Shown one piece after another: positions 10,612 through 20,454 of a stretch of DNA of 64,000 nucleotides. The notes under the pieces are model-generated. The model made no database searches, was not told where the DNA came from, and saw only the letters and a list, made by a program, of their open reading frames with translations. Each line of letters begins with the position of its first letter. Position 1 is the stretch's first letter. The position numbers and the translations under genes are program-made. Source of the stretch: Longimicrobiales bacterium (GTDB lineage: Bacteria; Gemmatimonadota; Gemmatimonadetes; Longimicrobiales; Gaopeijiaceae). The stretch covers positions 352,001-416,000 of the forward strand of contig CBDCKN010000003.1 in assembly GCA_965218295.1 (NCBI GenBank). Direction: 5' to 3'.

Positions 10612-10640
10612 TCGCGCACTAGAATCGCGAGCCGTTAGAA
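10577..10640 (+). other. attC: Integron attC site, 3' half only
   Basis: ...AGAATCGCGAGCC-GTTAGAA matches the ends at 26970-26993 and 31771-31795; 37 bp identical to 31734-31770. Confidence 0.75.
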
Positions 10641-10747
10641 CGCGCGTGATCGGCCATGATTGGAGAAGGTGACGGGATGTATGGCACGAGTCCTCATGCA
10701 CGGCACGAGCCAATCGCACTGGCACAGCTCCCCACGGCCGCGGCGGA

Positions 10748-12361
10748 GTGCTTGGCGCCGAAGGGTCGGTGCGCGACGAGGCCCACAGGCAAATGACTGA
10801 CTGGCCGAATCGCAAACCGCGAGTGGGCGCGCCGGCGATTATGGCGTGCGGCAATCTCGTCCTGAGCCTCTTTCTCGCGGTGTTCTTCTTCTGGTGGCCG
10901 CTCGGCGCCGTCGTTCGCGGGCTCGGGATGCTGCGAGACCCCGCGACCATCCCGGAGTTCGCCTTCGAGTGGCACAGGACCCTGTCACCGCGGATCGAGG
11001 AATGGGCTCAGCGTCGGGTCGCCTCCGGCCGGGCCTCAACGCTCGCGATCTCGCAGGTGGCTGCGACCGAGTGGCCTGTCTTCGGGTCGGTCTTCTATCT
11101 CTGGGCTACGGAGGCACTTCACGATTATCGAGATGGGGCCGGGATCAGAGTTGGAGACGAACTGCCGATATCGTATGCGCGGGGTGCGATCGAGGCCTCG
11201 GCCGCCCTGATAGTCGATCCAGGGCATGCCAAATGGGTCATCGATCACTGGGGCGAGGACTACCTCAGTCGCGAAAACGTGTTCTATCGGCTCCTGATCA
11301 TCGGGGGACTCACAAGTTATCAGCGTCTCACCGGCTCTACCCGTTACGAGAGTCTCCTACGCGACCAGACCAACTCGCTTGCAGCCGAGTTGGACGCGTC
11401 GCCCGTGGGGCTTCTGGACGACTATCCGGGAGAGAGCTACACGGTTGACGTTCTGCCGGCATACGCCATGATCCGGCGAGCCGACGCTTTGCTCGGCACC
11501 GATCACTCCGAGGAGCTCGAGCGGGCAAGACGCGCCTTCTCCGGCGGGCGTGTGGATCCGGAGACAGCGCTCCCCGCGTACAGGGTCGACTCACGAACCG
11601 GCGAGGCGATCGGCCCATCCAGGGGAGTCGGGGTCTCCTACATGCTGATATGGGCCCACGAGCTTTGGCCGGACAGTGCAAGGGCCTGGTATCCGCGATT
11701 TGAAGAGCACTTCTGGCAGGAAGGTCGTTTCCTCAGCGGGTTCCGGGAGTTCACTCGATCGGAAGGGGCCGGTGAATGGCTCGTGGAGGTGGACACGGGG
11801 CCGGTCTTGGCCGGGTTAGGAACCTCCTCGAGCGGTTTCGGAATGGCAGCGGCGAGAGTCCACGGACATTCGAGGCACGCCTACGCGTTAGGCTCTGAAG
11901 CGCTTGCTGCTTCGTGGCCCCTCCCGGACGGCTCTCTCATAGGGGGACGGCTCTTCTCGAGCATGAGCGACGCGCCATTCCTGGGAGAATCGATCCTCCT
12001 CTTCGGCTTCACTCGGACCGGGCTCTCGCGGGGAAGGGAAAGCGTCGACCTTTCCCTTCCCCTTTTCGTCCCACTAATGCTCGCCGTGTTGGGCGTCGGC
12101 GGCCTGCTTTACCTAGGGGCAGGCGTGAGCAGCTACCGACGACACTCCAGTCCCATCTCGACAGTCCGATACCCCAAAGCACAGCTGACGACTTGGGCGA
12201 GCCTCCTCGTCCTCGGAGCCCTCGCCTCCTTCGCTTCGGACGATCCCTTGAGGGTCCTGCTCGTGCTCACCCTCCCTCTGCTGCTTCCTCGCGGTGGGGC
12301 GACGGCGGAACGAGCCGCAGTCGAGGCGGTGCGATCGCAAAGTGCCGGATCGCCCGTCTAG
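10748..12361 (+). CDS. Membrane-anchored linalool dehydratase/isomerase-like protein (putative cassette gene)
   Basis: TM helices at both ends; LLDDYPGESYTVDV, GFREF, DTGPVLAG motifs; follows the attC GTT; start may be ATG 10793. Confidence 0.5.
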   Translation: MLGAEGSVRDEAHRQMTDWPNRKPRVGAPAIMACGNLVLSLFLAVFFFWWPLGAVVRGLGMLRDPATIPEFAFEWHRTLSPRIEEWAQRRVASGRASTLAISQVAATEWPVFGSVFYLWATEALHDYRDGAGIRVGDELPISYARGAIEASAALIVDPGHAKWVIDHWGEDYLSRENVFYRLLIIGGLTSYQRLTGSTRYESLLRDQTNSLAAELDASPVGLLDDYPGESYTVDVLPAYAMIRRADALLGTDHSEELERARRAFSGGRVDPETALPAYRVDSRTGEAIGPSRGVGVSYMLIWAHELWPDSARAWYPRFEEHFWQEGRFLSGFREFTRSEGAGEWLVEVDTGPVLAGLGTSSSGFGMAAARVHGHSRHAYALGSEALAASWPLPDGSLIGGRLFSSMSDAPFLGESILLFGFTRTGLSRGRESVDLSLPLFVPLMLAVLGVGGLLYLGAGVSSYRRHSSPISTVRYPKAQLTTWASLLVLGALASFASDDPLRVLLVLTLPLLLPRGGATAERAAVEAVRSQSAGSPV

Positions 12362-12454
12362 TCGAGTCCAAAGCTCACAAGATGCCCCCCGGCAGCGAGA
12401 GCGGAGTTGTCGTCTCCCTCTGGACCTGCTGACCGGCGCCTCAATCTGAACGTA

Positions 12455-13686
12455 TGAACAGCGCACCTGATGGTTGACACAATGGTGCCAGCTGATGGTT
12501 AACAGATTGGGTTACGTCCTGTGTTGCCGTGGGTGTCGAAAATGACGAAGAGTTCTTCGTCAAACCACCCGAGGGTAATGGGTCCGAAGTAGATTTGCCA
12601 CAGAGCGGGACCGATGGGTTCGAGCCCGATGAACTCGTTGCCGAGCGCCGAGCTGATGTTGATCCAACGCGAGTGCCAGCGGATGCCTCCGTTCGTAGAG
12701 ACCTTACGGACCTCGAAGTGCTCGGGGTATTCGATAGGCGGAAGGACATCGGGGTAGGCTCTAAGAGCCGATCGGTAGACTGAATCGGGCGTCGCATCGT
12801 CGAGCGCCTCATGCGGCCGGATGGAATTGAAGGTGCGGCGGAAGTGGTTGAAGTGACGCTGCTGGGCACGGAGGTTGGCCTTCGGCGGCCGAGTGGCTTC
12901 GCGCTTGAGGGTTCGGTGCATGCGTTCGTGACGGCCATTCTGCTGCGGCTTACCAGGCTCGATGGTCTCAGGACGGATGCCGAGCCGGATCCACCAAGCG
13001 CTGAGGCGTGTGAGCCGAGCGAGGCCGATGGAAGCGAAGGGCGTGCCGTTGTCGGAGCGGATGACGGCGGGAACGCCGAACTCACGGAAGACCTTGATGA
13101 ATACGGGCTTGGCGAGCTCGATCGACGTGGAGTACAGCCCTCTGCACTCGAGCAGGAATCGGCTGAAACCGTCCTGGATGGTAAGGGGATAGCAGTAGCG
13201 GCCGTTGAGCATCTTGAACTGGCCTTTGAAGTCGACCGTCCAGACCGCATTGGGCTCGTCCATGGGGGTGAGTGGCTTACCGGGATGGCCCGGCTTACCG
13301 GAGCGTCGGCGCTTCTTCGTGATCAGGTCGTGACGCTCGAAGATACGGTCGATCGTCCTGCGAGCTGGTGCCTCGCCGAACTTCTCAGCTGTGAGTTTAC
13401 GGATCTTGCGTGATCCCCACCCGTAGCGCTGACGCAGATCCACGACGTGTTCCACGACACCTTCCGCTACGGCATGCGGGCAGTGGTGGGGCCGGTGAGA
13501 GCGGTCGTGGAGTCCCTCGAATCCCTCCGCGAGGAACCGTGTCCACCACTTGTATCCGGCGGCCCTGCTGATGCTGTAGCGCCTACAGGACTCGGCGAAA
13601 CTGAAGGTGCGTTGCTGAACTTCGAGGATGAAACGTACTCTTTGCTCGTACATGGTCAAGGCACGTGAAGAAAGGTGCCAGTGTTA
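12455..13686 (-). mobile_element. IS481-family element type A, copy 1 (transposase 12499-13659; left end appears shortened)
   Basis: HTH plus DDE (WTVDFKG, RSDNGTPF, NGRHERMHRTLK); repeated TGT(T/C)AACCATCAG motifs at the right end. Confidence 0.88.
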
Positions 13687-13921
13687 GCCTCGATCTCGTC
13701 TCCGTCCACCCAAAAAGTGACTGTTCCTTCTAAGATGTAGAATCCTTCTTCTTCCCGCGTCTGGATGTGGGGGGGGGGCCTCCGCCTGGCGGGACGAGCC
13801 CCTCCATAATGAAGTAATGGCCGTCGGTTTCCTCCCCAGTCGCCAGGTATCGGTATTCATCGCCGGCCCCCTGGATGGTCTCTCGATCATCCTGCGGGCG
13901 CACCACAATGGCCTTTCCCAT
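13687..13921 (-). pseudogene. Cupin-domain gene, truncated by IS481 and frameshifted in a G-run
   Basis: VPPGGGPPP|HIQTREEEGFYILEGTVTF cupin motif. Confidence 0.75.
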
Positions 13922-14081
13922 GGATCGTCCTCATATGAGAGCGGAATTCGGTCCCGGTGGTCCCACCTGCTCCGAAATGATGGGCCCGTAATGTCATGGG
14001 GGGAAGCTGCCTAAAAGGAGTTATACAGCGCTCTCCGACAATGACGCTGGACGTTAATAGCGCGATACGTTATGGTTAGCG

Positions 14082-14363
14082 GTGATCAAGAGCTTCAAGG
14101 ATCGAGACGCCGAGCGGCTCTTCCATCGTAGGCCGGTCAGGCGGCTGGGCACCGATGTCCAGCGTACCGCCCTTCGGAAGCTCCGCATGCTCGACGCTGC
14201 GACGACGCTCGATGACCTACGCATACCCCCGGCGAACCGACTGGAAAAGCTGAAGGGGGACCGAGCGGGGCAGCATAGCATCCGCGTCAACCGACGGTGG
14301 CGGATCTGCTTTCGGTGGCGTTCGAGCGACGCGCACGACGTTGAGATTGTCGATTACCATTGA
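14082..14363 (+). CDS. higB: HigB (RelE-like) toxin, cassette-borne
   Basis: MIKSFKD...PPANRLEKLKGDRAGQHSIRVNRRWRICFRW...VEIVDYH. Confidence 0.95.
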   Translation: MIKSFKDRDAERLFHRRPVRRLGTDVQRTALRKLRMLDAATTLDDLRIPPANRLEKLKGDRAGQHSIRVNRRWRICFRWRSSDAHDVEIVDYH

Positions 14364-14372
14364 GGGAATGCC

Positions 14373-14684
14373 ATGGCCACGACGACGCTAACGCCAATCC
14401 ACCCTGGTGAGGTCCTGCTTGAGGAGTTTCTCGAGCCTATGGGCATCAGCCAGTATCGTTTGGCGAAGGACATCAGTGTATCTCCACGCCGCATCAATGA
14501 GATCGTGCATGGCAAGCGCGCCGTGACGGCCGACACGGCACTCCGGTTATCCCGATACTTCGGAACGTCGGACAAGTTCTGGCTCAATCTCCAGACGGGT
14601 TATGATCTCGATGTCGAACGCGATCGGCTTGGAGACCGACTGGAAGCCGAGGTCCTACCCCGCGCTGCTCGGGATCAACTTTGA
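14373..14684 (+). CDS. higA: HigA antitoxin (last codons replaced by IS30 sequence)
   Basis: PIHPGEVLLEEFL, HTH, ADTALRLSRYFG, FWLNLQ. Confidence 0.95.
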   Translation: MATTTLTPIHPGEVLLEEFLEPMGISQYRLAKDISVSPRRINEIVHGKRAVTADTALRLSRYFGTSDKFWLNLQTGYDLDVERDRLGDRLEAEVLPRAARDQL

Positions 14685-14863
14685 AGTGCAACAGGGGCTA
14701 GGCTTTTGAGTTGAGTTCATAACAATCCTTGGGGGTGAGGAAGCCGAGTCGTTTACGAGGTCGGTTGTTGAGTTTGTGAGCGATGCGGTTGCAAGCATGC
14801 TGGGTGATGTGAGCCATGCTGGTACGCTTCGGCAGATACTGACGGATCAGGCCGTTCGTGTTC

Positions 14864-17667
14864 CGGAACCTGTCAACGCCAGTGAGACACTCTTGGAAAT
14901 CAATTAGAGAGCAATCTCCTGTGTAGTGAGGGATGGGGTGGGAGGATTGATCCAGATGTACAGAGATGGTAATGACCTGACAGTTGGCCCTCGCCGGAGC
15001 TGTGTCTAGGCTGCCTTCGTCTTAGCCTCCTCCTTCCTGGCCTTTGCGGCCTTCCTGGCGTCGGTGAGACCGGCCTTGAAGACCTGATAGGGCGTGCGGC
15101 CCTCCATGGCTCGACCGCGGTGCGGCCGCTTCCGGTTGTAGGTCTCCAGATACGCCTCGAGGTCCTGCTGCATCTCCTCGACGGTCTCGTACCAGGTGGT
15201 GCGGCCCTTCACCCTCAAGTGCTCGTCGAGGAGCGTGCGGTGGAAGCGCTCGATGAAGCCGTTGGACTGGGGCCTGCCCACCTTCGTCGTGCGGTGCTCG
15301 ATGTCCTCGAGCTGAAGGAACAGCTCATATGGGTGACGGTCCGGACGGCCGCAGAACTCGCGGCCGTTGTCGCTGAGCACGGTCTTCACCCGGACCCGGT
15401 GCTCATCGAAGAACGGCAACACGTCGTTATTCATCACCTGCACCGCCGTGAGCGGGAGCTTGCTCGTGTAGAGCCGGCCCCAGGCGTAGCGGCTGAAGCA
15501 ATCGAGCACGGTCTGCAGGTACACCTTGCCGACCCCCTTCAGCGTTCCGACGAAGAACGTGTCCACGGCGACGAGGTCGCCCGGGTAATGGACTTCGATG
15601 TGGCGCTCCCGGAACTCGGGACTGAAGCGCTCCAGCAGCTCGATCTGCTCGTCGGTCAGCTTCAGCTTCCGTTCCCTGGCCGTCTCTTCGAGCCTGAGCA
15701 GCCGTTCGTGCTTCGTGGTGAGGCCATGCCGGCTCCACACGCCCCGTACGCCTCCTGAGCTCACCTGGATCCCTCCGAGCAGCAACTCGTCCGCGACCCG
15801 CTGAGCTCCGTGCGTCGGAGCCTCCAAGGCGTGGGCCAAGACCGCCTGCTCAATCTCTTCACTCACCCGGTTCGGGTGCGGTCCCTTCGGCCCCGGAAGC
15901 TGGTCGATCAGCCCCTCGGCCCCGTAAAGCTGGAAGTTCCTCCTGATCTCGTAGAACTGCTGCCGGCTGTAGCCCACGATCTTGCACGCCTTGCTCACGT
16001 TGCCGAGCTCCTGGGCCAACTGTAGCAGGCTCAGCTTGCGGCGCGCTATCTTCTCCCCCTGGACGGTGGTCATCTTCTCTCCCGTGCTAAGTGAGTGACT
16101 TCGACATCTCTCAATTAGCTCCGGCGAGGGCGGCTGGCCACCGTCCTCTCTCGTGGTCAACTGTCAGGTGAATACCGTCTCAGCACAATCCAGACGGCCT
16201 CCGGGAGTGGTTTAGGCTTCGGCTCACCGGAGACGAAGCGCTCGGGATGAGCGGCCCATGCCTCACGGAGCACGGCCTTCCTGCAGGCGATGATCCGATC
16301 GGCGTGACCGAAGTGGACCTGTTCGGGGGTCAGCATCGAGATGCCGCCATGGCGGTGCTCGGCATTATACCAACGGAAGAACGAGCGACAGAAGGTCTTG
16401 GCTTGCCCCTGATCCCCGAACCGGCCGGGAAACGAGGGATGGTACTTCAAGGTCTTGAACTGAGCCTCGGAGAACGGATTGTCATCCGAGACCTGGGGTC
16501 GGCCCAACGAGCGGGTCACGCCGAGATCGGCGAGTAGTTGAGCCGTGCATTGGCTCGTCATCGGAGCCCTCGATCGGAATGCAGGGTCAGGAGGTGGGGC
16601 TGGACGCCATGCTTCAAGCAACTCTGCTGGATCAGCCGGCTGGCCAGGGCAGAGTTCTCCCGATCCGCCACCATCCATCCCACGACGTAGCGGCTGAAGA
16701 TGTCCAGGATCACGTAGAGGTAGAAGTAACTCCACTTCTTCGGCCCCAGCAGCCGGGTGATATCCCAGGACCAGACCTGGTTCGGGCCCCTCGCCATCAA
16801 CTCGGGTTTCTGGTATTTGGGATGACTCCGCTGCGCTCGACGCTCCTGAACCGGCACCTGGGAAGCCAGAACGCGATACATCGTACGCTCGCTGCACAGG
16901 TAGACGTCCTCGTCGAGCAGCGTCGCCACCACCTCGGCTGGGGACCGGTCCACGAACCGCTCCGAACACAGCGTGTCGAAGACCTTGTCTCGTTCCTTCT
17001 CGCTTAAGGCCCGGGCGGGGGTCGGGCGGGGCTGCTGATGCCCGGTCGATGGCCTCCGACGACGGTAGAACGTGGCTCGCGGCACCCTGAGCGCATCGCA
17101 CGCGGGCTTCACCCCTACGTGCTTGGCTAGCTCCTGGGTCGCCTTCATGAGTTCGTCCCGTCCTCGAGGCTCAATCCCAGCAGCCCTGCAACTTTTCCCT
17201 GGACGTCGATGATCAAGTGCGCCTTCTGGAGCTCCTTCTCGAGGCGAGTGTTCTCGCGCTCCAGCTTGCGCACCTTCTCCTCCAGCGGATTGCGCTCGCG
17301 CTTACGGCCTCGTTTCTTCGACAGCGCTTTCAGGGACCCGCTATGCGCCGCCTTGCGCCATGTCGTCAGGTGCGACGAGTACAAGCCCTCCCGCCGTAGG
17401 AGTCGGCCAACCTCTCCGGGCTCCGTGCACCGGTCCGCTTCTTCGACGATCCGCAGCTTGTACGACGGAGCGAACCGCCGGCGCAGCGGCCTATCTACCA
17501 CCTCCGAGTCCGCAGGAGCTGCCGCGCTTCGCTTACCGTCCCAGGTTGGTGGGGCTATTCCATTCTCTTTCATTCTCTCTCGGTGTCTCAGCATCCTCGG
17601 TTTCTCTGCCTTCGCCCTACTCTAATTCCTTAGCTGCTCCGTGTCTCACGTAAGTTGGCAGAGAGGG
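14864..17667 (-). mobile_element. IS3-family element copy A (orfA 17145-17594; orfB frameshifted and interrupted by IS481-B)
   Basis: 3-bp TSD TTC; WSWDIT, HSDRG, DNPFSE DDE motifs. Confidence 0.9.
14957..16187 (-). mobile_element. IS481-family element type B, copy 1 (transposase 15006-16073)
   Basis: TGT...ACA ends with ~30-bp imperfect IR; 7-bp TSD ATCCAGA; VAVDTFFVG, LSDNGREF, NGFIERFHRT. Confidence 0.93.
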
Positions 17668-18253
17668 TTCTCGCTGGTCCCCCTTTCCCAAGAGTGGTAG
17701 GGGGTGGCGAAGTAGAATTTCGATCCGGTTTCTGCTTCGATCCCTCGCCCCATAGCCGTGGAACTCAGTTCCGTTGTCGGCCGTGATGGTGTGAGTGGGG
17801 CGAGCGGCAGTCTTGATCAGACGAACGGCTCGACGGTTCGTAGCCTCGACGGTACGAGCCTCGAGCTTGCCGATCATCACGTAGCCCGTCTTATGATCGA
17901 CGAAGGTGAGGACGCAGTGCTTGTCGGAGCTGGTACCGATCACGGTATCGGCTTCGAGGTGGCCGACTCGGCTTCGGTTCTGTGCACCAGCTGGGCGCTC
18001 AGATATCGGCCGTTTGCCGGCCAACCGACCTCGGGAATCATAGGATCCGTACCGTTTTCGGCGTTGCTTGGGCGAACAGTGCAGATGCAGATACAGGCGG
18101 CCACCGCGCTTTCGGTCGCGCCAGATGTGGCGGTAGATGGTCTCGTGGCTGATCGAGAGCCGAGCCTTGCGCCGTAACCAGCCTGCGGCTTGCTCAGGGC
18201 TCCACTGTTGCCTGAGGCACGCCTCCACCATTCGCCAGTCCGATGCACCGAAG

Positions 18254-19823
18254 CGGAGCCTGTCAACGCCAGTGAGACACTCTTGGAAATCAATTAGAGA
18301 GCAATCTCCTGTGTCGTGAGGGAGGGGGTTGGAGGATTGATCCAGACGGCCTCCGGGAGCGGTTTGGGCTTCGGCTCACCGGAGACGAAGCGGTCGGGAT
18401 GAGCGGCCCAGGCCTCGCGTAGCACAGCCTCCCTGCCGGCGATGACCTGATCGGCGTGACCGAAGTGGACCTGTTCGGGGGTCAGCATCGAGATGCCGCC
18501 ATGGCGGTGCTCGGCATTGTACCAGCGGAAGAACGAGCGACAGAACATTTTGGCCTGGCCCTGATCCTCGAACCGTCCAGGAAACGAGGGATGGTACTTC
18601 AAGGTCTTGAACTGGGCCTCGGAGAACGGATTGTCATCCGACACCTGAGGTCGGCTCAGCGAGCGGGTCACCCCGAGATCGGCGAGGAGCTGAGCCGTGC
18701 ATTGGCTCGTCATCGGAGCTCCTCGATCCGAGTGCAAGGTCAGGACCTGGGGCTGGACGCCATGCTTCAGGCAACTCTGCTGGATCAGGCGCCCGGCCAA
18801 GGCCGAGTTCTCCCGATCCGCCACCATCCATCCCACGATGTAGCGGCTGAAGATGTCCATGATGACGTAGAGGTAGAAGTAGCTCCACTTCCTCGGCCCC
18901 AGCAGCCGTGTGATATCCCAGGACCAGACCTGGCCCGGGCCCGTCGCCATCAACTCGGGTTTCTGGTATTCGGGATGACTCCGCTGCGCTCGGCGCTCTC
19001 GAACTGGCACTTGGGAGGCCAGAACGCGATACATCGTACGTTCGCTGCACAGGTAGACGTCTTCGTCGAGCAGGGTCGCCACAACCTCGGCCGGGGACCG
19101 GTCCACGAATCGCTCCGAACACAGCGTGTCGAAGACCTTGTCTCGTTCCTTCTCGCTCAAGGCCCGGGCTGGGGTCGGGCGGGGCTGCTGATGCCCGGTC
19201 GATGGCCTCCGACGACGATAGAACGTGGCTCGGGCGACCCTGAGCGCATCGCACGCGGGCTTTACCCCTACGTACGTGGCCAGCGCCTCGGCCGCCTTCA
19301 CGAGTTCGTCCCGTCCTCGAGGCTCAATCCCAGCAGCCCTGCAACTTTTCCCTGGACGTCGATGATCAGGCGCGCCTTCTCGAGTTCCTTCTCCAGGCGA
19401 GTGTTCTCGCGCTCCAGCTTGCGCACTTTCCCCTCCAGCGGATTCCGTTCGCTCGGCTTTCGACCTCGTCTCTTCGACAGCACTCTCAGCGACCCACTCC
19501 GCACCGCCTTGCGCCATGTCGTCAGGTGCGACGAGTACAAGCCCTCCCGTCGCAGGAGTCGCCCTACCTTCTCCCGGCTCCGTGCACCGGTCCGCTTCTT
19601 CGACGACCCGCAGCTTGTACGACGGACTAAACCGTCGGCGCGTCGGCTTATCTACCACCTCCGGTCCGGAGCAGCTGCCGCGCTTCGCTTACCCTCCCAG
19701 GTTAGTGGGGCGATTCCATTCTCTTCCATTCTCTCTCGGTGTCCCAGCATCCTCGGTTTCTCTGCCTTCGCCCTACTCTAATTCTTTACTCGTTCCGTGT
19801 CTCACCTAAGTTGGCAGAGAGGG
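18254..19823 (-). mobile_element. IS3-family element, divergent variant B (orfA frameshifted)
   Basis: 3-bp TSD AAG; same architecture as copies A/C/D with many substitutions. Confidence 0.9.
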
Positions 19824-20164
19824 AAGCGCTCATTGCGGCGCGATCTGCCTCGTCTCCACCGGGCGTAGTCATCGGCCAGGTCCGGTCGATAGGCCCGGCC
19901 CTGACGATCCTTCGAGTTGCGGCGCACCTCACGGCTGATCGTACTTCGATGTCGGCCCAGTGCTCGAGCGATCGCAGCTTGGTTGCATCCTTGTTTTCTG
20001 AGCGCAGAGAGCGCATATCGCTCACCAGAGGTGAGCTGGCGATACCTGTTCATGAACTTCCTCCTTTTCGTCGAGAAGGAAGGTCTAGGGCGTCCCAGCT
20101 CGCCTCAACTTCTTTGTGGAGTTCGGTCGGGTGGTTTGTTGCACTTACTATATGAATCCAAGCT

Positions 20165-20242
20165 GTATAACAAGCGATTGCTGCAGTCGCGGTAGGCATC
20201 AGGGTCGCGCGCTTCGCTTGCGGTCACCATTGTTGTCGCGCA
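20165..20242 (+). other. attC: attC site of the HigBA cassette, 5' part (R'' GTATAAC, L''); split by IS1111-type insertion
   Basis: GCTGTATAAC (20162-20171) is the exact reverse complement of the cassette start GTTATACAGC (14020-14029); GCGATT[G]CTGC pairs with GCAGAATCGC at 26972-26981, leaving the extrahelical base. Confidence 0.88.
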
Positions 20243-20454
20243 CCTATAAAGCGGACCCGGTCAATAGGACGCACGCCACCTAGGGCCTGCGCGAGCAGGC
20301 CATCGTAGGTGTTCTTCAGATCCTTCAGCATCCCCAAGTCTCCTGCGGCGTGATGTTGAGAAGTGGTTGGATCACGCGACCGATCGAAGGCGAGTCTTGT
20401 CAGGGACTCGAGCACCTATTCGGGGTTCGGCCTCTGTAGCGTGGCACGTCCCAT

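Larger units (their letters stand above)
14671..20159 (-). mobile_element. IS30-family element copy 1, split into three parts (14671-14863, 17668-18253, 19824-20159) by two IS3 insertions
   Basis: Parts are colinear with copy 2 (28278-29383); IRs GGATCAACTTTGAAGTGCAACA / GGATTCATATAGTAAGTGCAACA; YRQLTSGER, HETIY, DNGTEF motifs. Confidence 0.9.

Noticed and set aside
13765..13780. Homopolymer frameshifts as programmed or phase-variable sites (also near 1152, 16566, 29268)
   Set aside because: Most simply long-read indels or decay; cannot be judged without reads
17741..17746. 4-bp insertion in IS30 copy 1 as an excision footprint
   Set aside because: Too short to distinguish from an ordinary indel
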